From positions 72,244-136,243 of the forward strand of contig CAVIIZ010000001.1 of the NCBI GenBank assembly GCA_963642995.1: a stretch of DNA of 64,000 nucleotides, read 5' to 3'. Origin of the DNA: a bacterium (lineage in GTDB: Bacteria > Actinomycetota > Coriobacteriia > Coriobacteriales > QAMH01). Shown piece by piece: positions 56,862 through 64,000 of this stretch; positions within the stretch are counted from its first letter, which is position 1; the number at the start of each line of letters is the position of its first letter. The notes below the pieces were generated by a model that saw nothing but the letters and a program-made list of their open reading frames with translations, did no database searches and was not told the DNA's origin. A program made the translations under genes and the position numbers.

Positions 56862-58376
56862 ATGCGCGCCGCGCCCTTCCCCCTCGTCCCCGCAGGCGCC
56901 CCCGCCGCCCTCGCGCTGCGCGTCTCGAGCGGGGTGCTGCTGGGGCTCTTGCTGGGCATCCCCGCCTTTTTCCTCTCGCTGGGCGCCGGCGCGGCATGCG
57001 GGTTCACCGAAAAGTGCGCCGACACCGCCTTCGAGATGCGCTCGTTTGGAGCCACGCAGCTGACGCGCGCGCAGGAGGAGGAAGGCGAGGTGCGCCTGTC
57101 CTGGACGCAGGTGGCCTTCGCGACGGGCTACATAGTCTCGCGAAAAGAAGGCGACGGCGCATGGGAGCAGGTCGCCGAAGTCGAGGGGGCGCAGTGCCTG
57201 TCGTATGCCGATGCGGCCGAGCTGCGAAGCGGCGCCGTCTACAGCTACGCAATCGAGGCGCTGTCCGGCGGACGGCGCGCGGGGCAGTCCAACTCAATGG
57301 ACGCGCGCATCGCAGACCTTGCCTCGCCGGGCGTGCGCGTGGAGAGAGACGGAGGCCTCCTGTCCGTTTCCTGGGATAGGGTCGCGCGCGCGACGGGGTA
57401 CGAGGTCGAGTACGCCTCCAACTCGCTGCTCCTCGGCAAGCAGTCGTTTTCGTCCGGCGCAGGCGAGCAGGCCCGCGTCATCTCGGACGTGGACGCGGGG
57501 GCGCAATACTACGCGCGGGCGCGCGCCGTGCAGGAAAGCGGCGGGGAGACGAAGTACTCGGATTGGGCCTACACGGACAACGTGGCAGGCGAGCGGCACG
57601 GCAATCTGGACCCCGTGCGCCGAAACGGAAACGCGCTGGAGCTGCGGCAGGCGATCGGCGAGAGCGCGGGCGGCTTCAGCATCGCGCAAGGATGCACGAG
57701 CGACGGGCAGTACATCTACTGCGCCCTGCGTTCCGCCGCGAACTCCGCGCAGGCAAAGATCGCGAAGGTGAACGCCGCCGACGGCAATGTGGCGGGCGTG
57801 TCGGCGCCGCTTGCGCTAGACCATGCCAACGACCTTGCCTACGACGGCGCGCGCGGGCAGCTGGCCGCATGCCACCTCGACGGAGGCCGGCCGCTGGCGG
57901 TGAGCTACATCGACCCGAACAGCCTCTCCCTCGTCGAGACGCGCGAGCTGAGCGTGCCGGATGCGGTGGAGGGCGCCAACGACGAGCAGCGGACGGGCAT
58001 CACCGGCGGCATCCAGGCCATCGCCTGGCAGGCCGAAACCGGGCACTACTTCGCGCTCATCCGCTCGCACGACCTCGTCGAGACCGACGCGGGCCTGCGC
58101 GTGCTGCGCTACATCGCCACCGACGAGAAGAGCGTGCAGACCCCGCAGGGCATGGAGGTGGCAGGCGACAGGATCTTGCTGTCGTATTCGGGCGGGTCCG
58201 GCTTCGGCAACATCATCCAGAGCTTCACGCAAAGCGGGCATTTCCTCTCGCAGGTCGTGCTCGACCGCGGCGACGAGCTCGAGGACTGCTTCCTCGTCGG
58301 CAACGCGCTCTACGCGACGTTCTACGGCGGCTCCGGCTCGCGCACCTGCCGCATATTCCGCGTGGAGAACTGCTGA
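56862..58376 (+). CDS. hypothetical membrane-anchored/secreted protein with two FN3-like modules and a ~270-aa C-terminal domain of unknown function
   Basis: The ATG lies 4 nt after the antiporter stop. N-terminal hydrophobic segment GVLLGLLLGIPAFFLSLGAGAA. Two modules have the FN3-style W...V..ATGY.V pattern (LSWTQVAFATGYIVSRK; VSWDRVARATGYEVEYA). I recognise no motif in the rest. Confidence 0.6.
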   Translation: MRAAPFPLVPAGAPAALALRVSSGVLLGLLLGIPAFFLSLGAGAACGFTEKCADTAFEMRSFGATQLTRAQEEEGEVRLSWTQVAFATGYIVSRKEGDGAWEQVAEVEGAQCLSYADAAELRSGAVYSYAIEALSGGRRAGQSNSMDARIADLASPGVRVERDGGLLSVSWDRVARATGYEVEYASNSLLLGKQSFSSGAGEQARVISDVDAGAQYYARARAVQESGGETKYSDWAYTDNVAGERHGNLDPVRRNGNALELRQAIGESAGGFSIAQGCTSDGQYIYCALRSAANSAQAKIAKVNAADGNVAGVSAPLALDHANDLAYDGARGQLAACHLDGGRPLAVSYIDPNSLSLVETRELSVPDAVEGANDEQRTGITGGIQAIAWQAETGHYFALIRSHDLVETDAGLRVLRYIATDEKSVQTPQGMEVAGDRILLSYSGGSGFGNIIQSFTQSGHFLSQVVLDRGDELEDCFLVGNALYATFYGGSGSRTCRIFRVENC

Positions 58377-58468
58377 GGGAGCGCAGCTGCAGCCACGCCT
58401 CCCCCATGCGAGAACCCGGACTCGAGGGCGCGCGCGGCACGCGGGGCCCGGATACGTGGAGCCCGAGG

Positions 58469-59125
58469 CTAGAAGCGGGCGTAGCGCGCGAGGTTCTTCT
58501 CCAGCTTGGCCACGTACTTCGCCGCGCGCGGCCCCGGCTCGGCGCCCGCGGGCTTGATGTAGCCCAGGTGCAGGCGCTCGGCGGTGTCGAGCGGGATGGT
58601 GGTGAGCGTCGTGCCGTCGGAAATGCCGACGAGTATGCCGCTCGTGACGGTGTAGCCGTTGAGCGCCGCGGCCAGCTCGGACAGCGACGCGCGGTCCGTG
58701 CACGCTATCTTGCGCGCGTGCTCCGCATCCGAGAGGGCCTCCTCTGCCAGATAGCGCGGGGCGCCCTCGCCTTGCTCGAAGTAGATGTAGGGATAATCCT
58801 CGAGGTCCTCGAGCCGCAGCGACTTGGCGTTGACCAGCGGATGGCTCGTGGGCACGGCCACGCGCGGCGCCGACTGCGACAGCTCGACGAACTCGACGCC
58901 CGCCGCCTTGAAGGCCGCCTCGAGGTCCGCGCGCGTCGCATCCGTCTCCACGAGCACGCCCAGCTCGCTTTTGCCGGACGCCACGTCGTCGATGACGCCT
59001 TGCGTCGTGCGGTCGTAGTAGCCGTACTCGTAGTCGTCGCCGCCCTGGCTCAAGACGTATTGCGCGAACGCCTGGACGTTGAACAGGTAGTGCTGGGTCG
59101 AGACCGCGAACTTCTTCTCCGCCAT
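58469..59125 (-). CDS. LysR-type substrate-binding (periplasmic-binding-fold) domain protein lacking the HTH domain
   Basis: The 218 aa match the effector domain of LysR regulators (…GKSELGVLV…, …RVAVPTSHPLVNAKSLRLEDLEDYPYIYF…, …YTVTSGIL…). The ATG lies 2 nt after the PaaK-like stop, and no winged-helix region is present in frame. Confidence 0.6.
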   Translation of the reverse strand: MAEKKFAVSTQHYLFNVQAFAQYVLSQGGDDYEYGYYDRTTQGVIDDVASGKSELGVLVETDATRADLEAAFKAAGVEFVELSQSAPRVAVPTSHPLVNAKSLRLEDLEDYPYIYFEQGEGAPRYLAEEALSDAEHARKIACTDRASLSELAAALNGYTVTSGILVGISDGTTLTTIPLDTAERLHLGYIKPAGAEPGPRAAKYVAKLEKNLARYARF

Positions 59126-59127
59126 CG

Positions 59128-60561
59128 CTACTCACCATCCTCTGCCGTTGCCGCCGCATCCCGCGTCGAGGCCGCGGCGCCGTCCTTTTCCTCGAAGCCG
59201 CGCTCTATGGCATGCGCGTCTGCCACCGAATCGCGCTCGTCGATGAAGCGCTTTGCCTTGTGCTCGCTCGACGCCCCGAGCTTGTCGGCGTCAAACACTA
59301 TGACCTTGGCCGGCCGCACGCCGCAATGCGCCTTCAGCGAGGCCTCCACGCGCCGCGCTATGGCGTCGAACGCCTCGTCGGAGCCTGCCGCGCGCTCGAC
59401 CGAGACCTCGTAGCGCGTCGTGTAGTTCTCGTCGTAGACGCGGATCTTGTACTCGCCGGACAACCCCCTGTCCCGGCGCACGACGTACTCGATGTCGCTG
59501 GGGAAGACGTTCACCGCGCTGACGATGAACATCTCGTCTTTGCGCCCGACGATGTGGATGCGGCTCGTCGTGCGCCCGCATTTGCACGGGCTCTTGTCCA
59601 CCCAGCCGATGTCGCCGCTGCGAAAGCGTATCATCGGGCGGGCGCGTTTCAGCAGCGTCGTGTAGACGATCTCGCCCTTCTCGCCGTCGGGCAGGACCTC
59701 GCCCGTCACAGGGTCTATCGTCTCGACCAGGATCTGGTCTTCTATCAGGTGCAGGCCGTCTTTTTCCTCGCACATGCCCGCGCACGCCCCGTAGATGTCG
59801 GACAGGCCGAAGAAGTCGTAGACGTCGGCGCCCCACACCTCCTCGATGGCATGGCGCGTCGTGGCAATGGAGCCGCCCGGCTCGCCGGAGATGATGATGG
59901 TCCGCAGGTTCGGGAAGTCCGCCTTGGGGTCGTAGCCCTGCTCGATGGCCTTCTGGCTGAGCAGCCAGGCATAGCTCGGGCTGGTCCACAGGTGCGTGGG
60001 CTGGTAGTGCTTCATCGCCCACAGGAGGCGCGCCGAGGGCACCGCGCCCACCCAGATGCCGAGCGCGCCGAGGTTTTGCGCGCCGACCACGCAAGGGCCG
60101 CCCACGTAGAGCGCGAAGTTCATCCCGTGCAGGTAGCGGTCGTTGGGGCGCATGCCCACCTGCCAGAACAGCCGGCTTTCCGCGTCCATGAAGTCGTCGA
60201 AGTCGCCTTGGGTGAACGGGCTCATCGTGGGCACGCCGGTCGAGCCGGAGGAGGTGGCCATGTAGACGACGTCGTCTTCGGGCACGGCGGCGAGCTCTCC
60301 GAAGAAGCTGCCCACCCCCTGGCAGTCGCGCTCGGTCTGCTTGTCGATGAAGGGGAAGCGCTCGAGGTCGGCAAGCGTCTCGCAATGCGGCTCGACGCCG
60401 GCCCCGTCGAAGGCCCGCTTGTAGTAGGGGCTGTTGTCGTAGGCAAAACGCAGCTCGTCGTTTAGGCGCTCGAGCTGCAGCGCCTCGATGTCCTCGCGCA
60501 GGGCGCACTCGATGTGCGGGTCGTAGAACTTCTGGTCGTACGGGATGTTCTTCTTGGCCAT
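59128..60561 (-). CDS. phenylacetate--CoA ligase (PaaK/F390-synthetase) family adenylate-forming enzyme
   Basis: MAKKNIPYDQKFYDP..E....E.I..LQLERL...L..AY..SPYYKRAFD..GV.P......DL.RFPF..K, then the P-loop SSGSTGVPT. The size (477 aa) is typical of the family. Confidence 0.85.
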   Translation of the reverse strand: MAKKNIPYDQKFYDPHIECALREDIEALQLERLNDELRFAYDNSPYYKRAFDGAGVEPHCETLADLERFPFIDKQTERDCQGVGSFFGELAAVPEDDVVYMATSSGSTGVPTMSPFTQGDFDDFMDAESRLFWQVGMRPNDRYLHGMNFALYVGGPCVVGAQNLGALGIWVGAVPSARLLWAMKHYQPTHLWTSPSYAWLLSQKAIEQGYDPKADFPNLRTIIISGEPGGSIATTRHAIEEVWGADVYDFFGLSDIYGACAGMCEEKDGLHLIEDQILVETIDPVTGEVLPDGEKGEIVYTTLLKRARPMIRFRSGDIGWVDKSPCKCGRTTSRIHIVGRKDEMFIVSAVNVFPSDIEYVVRRDRGLSGEYKIRVYDENYTTRYEVSVERAAGSDEAFDAIARRVEASLKAHCGVRPAKVIVFDADKLGASSEHKAKRFIDERDSVADAHAIERGFEEKDGAAASTRDAAATAEDGE

Positions 60562-60634
60562 CGTTCACCTTTCTCTTCCAGGTACGGTACTGGCACTCGC
60601 GGCGCGTCCGCCTTCAGACGTGCCGAGACGACTA

Positions 60635-60691
60635 TTTCACCACTTCGTTAAAAGAAGGTGAACGTAAATGACGCGTTCGACGTTTCACCAC
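60635..60691. promoter_or_regulatory. operator-like TTTCACC / GGTGAA repeats in the divergent PaaK-like / MFS promoter region
   Basis: TTTCACCAC at 60635-60643, inverted GGTGAA at 60657-60662 after a 15-nt AT-rich spacer, and TTTCACCAC again at 60683-60691. Three ACACACG direct repeats follow at 60698, 60710 and 60723. Confidence 0.45.
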
Positions 60692-60783
60692 GAAAAACAC
60701 ACGGGCGCACACACGCGAAGAACACACGCGGGTGCTAGACCTGAGAAGACATTGGAAACACGGGACGCGGGGACAGCCGCGGC

Positions 60784-62721
60784 ATGGAGAGGAAGTGCGG
60801 ACAGCAGAAGATGAGCGGATTGACCAAACAGCAGAAGATGATGGTGGCGGTGCTTTTGACGGGGGCGGTGCTCGTCGTGTTGTGCGCGACGTTTCTCTCC
60901 CCCGCCTTGCCGCACATCATGGGCGACATGGGCGTGGACCAGACGACGGTGCAGTACCTGACTTCCGGCTACTCGCTCGTGGAAGCCGTGATCATCCCGA
61001 TGAACGCGTTTCTGATAGGGCGCTTCTCCACGCGCAGGCTCTTCATCTTCGGGATGGGGATGTTTGCCGCGGGCGCCGTCGTCGCCGCGCTCTCGCCGGC
61101 GTTTCCCGTGCTCTTGCTCGGGCGCGTCTTGCAGGCATGCGGCACCGGCGTGGTCATGCCCATGGTGTTCACCTTGATCTTGCTCATATTCCCGCGCGAG
61201 AACCGCGGCTCTGCCATGGGCGTCGTCGGGCTGATCATCAGCTTCGCGCCCGCCATCGGCCCGTCTCTGTCCGGCGTGCTCGTGGACTCCGTGGGCTGGC
61301 GCATGCTCTTCGTGCTGGTCGCCGTCCTCACCGCCCTCGTGGTCGTCTTCGCGGCCGTCTCGCTGGAAAACTTCCAGAACCTCGAACGCGCCCCGCTCGA
61401 CGCGCCCTCCGTCGTCTTGCTCGCCGCGGGCATGGTCGCCCTGCTCTACGGGCTGTCGAGTTTCTCCAGCTCCGAGATGCCGCTCGTGCCGGCCGCCCTG
61501 ATGCTGGCCGGCGCGGCGCTGCTCGCCGTCTTCGCCAAGCGCCAGCTGGGCCTTGCGCGCCCCATCTTGCGCGTGGACGTGCTGAAGGAGCGCCGCTACC
61601 GCACGGCGGTCCTCATCATCATGATATTGGAGGCCGCCCTTGTCGGCTCGGAGGTCGTCTTGCCCATCTACGTGCAAAACGTGCTCGGGCAGCCGGCCAC
61701 CGTCTCGGGGCTGATCATGTTGCCGGGCGCGGTGCTCGGCGCGGTCATGGGCCTTGTCGCCGGGCGCATCTTCGACCGCAAGGGGGTGCGCGCGCTCGCG
61801 ATCGCAGGCGCCGTCACCATCGCCGCCTCCTCGATCGCCATAGCGCTGTTCAAGGTGGACACCTCGCCCCTCGTCGTCTGCGCCGCCTACACCTGCCTGG
61901 GGATCGGCATCCAGTCGATGATCACGCCGTTGAACACCTGGGGCGTGAACTCGCTCGACAACAAGCTGATCCAGCACGCCGAAGCCGTGGGGTCGACCTT
62001 CAACCAGGTGGGCGCGTCGTTTGGCACGGCCCTGATCGTGTCGCTGTCCGCGCTCGGCCCTGCGTTCGCCGGCTCGGGCACGGACGCGGCAGGCCTGGCC
62101 TTCGCCGGCGCGCACGTCTCGTTCACCGGGATGTGCGCGATGATCTGCCTGGTCGCCGTGCTCGTGCTCGTGTTCGTGCGCGACCGCCGGGCGGAAGTCG
62201 AGCGCGACCGCCTCGCGCACACGGCGGCGCCGGCGGGCATGCCCGGGGTGGACCGCGAGTGGCAGATCGCCGACGTGATGGACCGCGACCCCGTCTACAT
62301 CGCCGCGAGCGCGCCGGTGTCCGCGGCCATCACCATCATGCGCGACCGCCACACCTCGGGGTTGCCCGTCATGGACGAGGCCGGCAAGGTGGCGGGCTTC
62401 ATCTCGGACGGCGACGTGCTGAAATACCTCTCGCGCCAGGGGGGCAGCTACTACACGGACGGCACGAACTTCTACACCATGCTCGACGACCAGGAGTTCC
62501 TGGAGCGCTTCAAGGACCTGGTGAAGCTGCCCGTGGGCAAGATAGCGACGAGAAACGTCATCGGCGTTCGGGCGCACCAGGCGGCAGAAGACGCCTTCAA
62601 GGTGCTGTCCGAGCGGCGCATAAAGAAGGTGCCGGTCGTCGACGAGGACGGGACGCTTGCCGGCACCTTGAGCCGCAACAACGTGATGATCGCGCTGGCG
62701 ACGCTCCAGGAAACGCTCTAG
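60784..62721 (+). CDS. MFS transporter (DHA2/EmrB-like, ~14 TM) fused to a C-terminal CBS-domain pair
   Basis: The N-terminal ~480 aa are an MFS (…LIGRFSTRRLFIFGM…, …RVLQACGTGVVMP…). The C-terminal ~165 aa (from about 62230) carry two CBS-like units (IADVMDRDPVYIAASAPVSAAITIMRDRHTSGLPVMDEAGKVAGFISDGDVL and VGKIATRNVIGVRAHQAAEDAFKVLSERRIKKVPVVDEDGTLAGTLSRNNV). Confidence 0.8.
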   Translation: MERKCGQQKMSGLTKQQKMMVAVLLTGAVLVVLCATFLSPALPHIMGDMGVDQTTVQYLTSGYSLVEAVIIPMNAFLIGRFSTRRLFIFGMGMFAAGAVVAALSPAFPVLLLGRVLQACGTGVVMPMVFTLILLIFPRENRGSAMGVVGLIISFAPAIGPSLSGVLVDSVGWRMLFVLVAVLTALVVVFAAVSLENFQNLERAPLDAPSVVLLAAGMVALLYGLSSFSSSEMPLVPAALMLAGAALLAVFAKRQLGLARPILRVDVLKERRYRTAVLIIMILEAALVGSEVVLPIYVQNVLGQPATVSGLIMLPGAVLGAVMGLVAGRIFDRKGVRALAIAGAVTIAASSIAIALFKVDTSPLVVCAAYTCLGIGIQSMITPLNTWGVNSLDNKLIQHAEAVGSTFNQVGASFGTALIVSLSALGPAFAGSGTDAAGLAFAGAHVSFTGMCAMICLVAVLVLVFVRDRRAEVERDRLAHTAAPAGMPGVDREWQIADVMDRDPVYIAASAPVSAAITIMRDRHTSGLPVMDEAGKVAGFISDGDVLKYLSRQGGSYYTDGTNFYTMLDDQEFLERFKDLVKLPVGKIATRNVIGVRAHQAAEDAFKVLSERRIKKVPVVDEDGTLAGTLSRNNVMIALATLQETL

Positions 62722-63254
62722 TAGCGGTAGCTGTAGGAATAGCCGTACGGCACGCTGCCGGAGCTGTAGCCGCTGCCGGCGATGGCGCAAAGCGCCACGA
62801 TGACGAGGATGCATATGACGGTCAAGACGATGCCGATGACGAGCGTGACGATGAGGGCGGTGCGCGCGCTCTTGTGCTTGGCCTGCGCCGCCGCCGCGTC
62901 GCCGCGCTCGACCGCGCTCTTGTAGTTCAACGACATGACGAACGGCCAGATGGCGACGAGGCCGCCGCAGAAGAGGAACTCGAGCACCGACAAGACGATG
63001 AACATGGTGCTCTTGTCCTCGATGCCCGCGGGGTTGCCGGGCTGGGCATAGGCGGGCTGGGGCTGGGGCTGGGCGGGCTGCGCGCAAGGCGCCTGGGGCT
63101 GGGCGAACCGGTCGGCGCCGGGAGCCGCCCCGGGCTGCTGGGAAGCGCCGGGCTGGACGGGCTGCTGGGCCATCTCGCGGGAAAGCGGGGCGCCGCACTG
63201 GGGGCAGAACCGCGCGCCGTCTTGGGCTTGCATGCCGCATTGTGGACAATTCAT
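62718..63254 (-). CDS. zinc-ribbon + CD225/dispanin-like membrane protein
   Basis: MNCPQCGMQAQDGARFCPQCGAPL (CxxC...CxxC), a Gln/Pro-rich linker, a two-TM C-terminal domain with the intramembrane-loop look of the CD225 family, and a Tyr/Ser-rich end. ATG 63254 has an AGGAGA SD. The stop overlaps the MFS stop (CTAG). Confidence 0.65.
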   Translation of the reverse strand: MNCPQCGMQAQDGARFCPQCGAPLSREMAQQPVQPGASQQPGAAPGADRFAQPQAPCAQPAQPQPQPAYAQPGNPAGIEDKSTMFIVLSVLEFLFCGGLVAIWPFVMSLNYKSAVERGDAAAAQAKHKSARTALIVTLVIGIVLTVICILVIVALCAIAGSGYSSGSVPYGYSYSYRY

Positions 63255-63315
63255 CGGTCTCTCCTTTATCGTCGGGGGCTGGTGCACCCCTACAACATAT
63301 CACACGGAAGGGCGC

Positions 63316-63945
63316 TCAAAACCAGCTCTTCTTTCCCGCCACGTAGATGCAGTAGAACTGCTCGTCGGTCCGGGTCAGGTAGATGATGCCCTCGATGAAG
63401 GCGATGAGCGACATGACCGCCGCGGCGAGGCCGAAGGTGAAAATGCCGCCGAGGACGCTGACGAGCAGCATGGCGACGCCGGCGCCGCTGTAGCCGAGGT
63501 AGAACTTGTGGATGCCGAGCGAGCCCAGGAATATGGCGAGCAGCCCCGCGGCCATCTTGCTCTTCGAGTCCGCGGGCTGCTGGGAGAAACCCGGCTGGGC
63601 GCAGGCCTGCTGCCAGGCGCCCGGCTGCTGGGCATTGGGTTGCCAGGCGCTCGGCTGCTGGCCGTCGGGTTGCCAGCCGCCGGGTTGCTGGCCGAAAGGC
63701 GCCTGCCGGCCTGCCCCAGGCTGCGCCTGCGTTTGCTGCTGCCAGGCCTGCGCCTGTTGCTGTTGTTGCTGGCACTGGCAGGCCCAGGCGGCCTCTTGCT
63801 GTTGGCGCTGCTGCCGTGCAAACGGCGTGAGCGGGGCGCCGCAGCTTTGGCAGAAGGCGTTTTGCGCCGCGACGGGCATGCCGCAGCTCGGGCACGTGGA
63901 GGCCGGGCTGCAGCCGGCTTGGAAATCGTCTTGCTGGCCTGTCAT
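63316..63945 (-). CDS. zinc-ribbon + TM2 domain membrane protein
   Basis: CPSCGMPVAAQNAFCQSCGAPL and a Gln-rich repeat linker (QQPGGWQPDGQQPSAWQPNAQQPGAWQQ). The TM2-domain core is KMAAGLLAIFLGSLGIHKFYLGY...GIFTFG...IAFIEGIIYL. Confidence 0.75.
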   Translation of the reverse strand: MTGQQDDFQAGCSPASTCPSCGMPVAAQNAFCQSCGAPLTPFARQQRQQQEAAWACQCQQQQQQAQAWQQQTQAQPGAGRQAPFGQQPGGWQPDGQQPSAWQPNAQQPGAWQQACAQPGFSQQPADSKSKMAAGLLAIFLGSLGIHKFYLGYSGAGVAMLLVSVLGGIFTFGLAAAVMSLIAFIEGIIYLTRTDEQFYCIYVAGKKSWF

Positions 63946-64000
63946 GGGCAGGTTCGTCCTTCCCTCGGTGAAAACTCGACCGCCTTGCGGCGCACGCGCC

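Overview
High-GC chromosomal window. Gene content and order suggest a Gram-positive Actinobacterium, probably Coriobacteriia; this is an inference. All calls come from reading translations and motifs by eye. No database search was run, and most start codons are +/- a few codons.

(1) 1-32.5 kb is an almost unbroken minus-strand core block. It holds an NCS2 purine permease, ruvB/ruvA/ruvC with yebC, an orphan acyl carrier protein, and the distal ribosomal-protein/rpoA cluster (infA-rpmJ-rpsM-rpsK-rpsD-rpoA-rplQ). It also holds RNase P RNA (rnpB) and a complete dcw division/cell-wall cluster: mraZ-rsmH-ftsL-ftsI-murE-murF-mraY-murD-ftsW-murG-murC-ftsQ-ftsZ-pgeF-yggS-sepF-yggT-divIVA-DUF167. There is no ftsA, which is typical of Actinobacteria. 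tgt-queA follow.

(2) 32.5-39.4 kb holds housekeeping singletons: xth, lgt, an FAD oxidoreductase, a CDF transporter, DegV and PiT.

(3) 39.4-51.4 kb looks accessory. It has an AAA/DUF4143-type ATPase preceded by three 23-bp-spaced iterons. The most interesting locus in the window follows. Two ~1500-aa BspA-type leucine-rich-repeat surface proteins bracket a translationally coupled MotA/TolQ/ExbB-like proton channel and an ExbD/DUF2149-like single-pass partner. One LRR protein is C-terminally membrane-anchored and the other carries three CWB2 wall-binding repeats. No TonB, outer-membrane receptor or flagellar gene is visible. I flag it as a candidate PMF-energised surface-adhesin module; this is a hypothesis.

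(4) 51.4-64 kb holds ppdK, a 530-bp structured intergenic region, an NhaP-type antiporter, an FN3-like hypothetical protein, and a PaaK-like ligase with an HTH-less LysR-type sensor domain. It ends with an MFS-CBS fusion transporter and two tandem zinc-ribbon membrane proteins (CD225-like and TM2).

Many long ORFs in the track are GC-rich shadow frames and were rejected.
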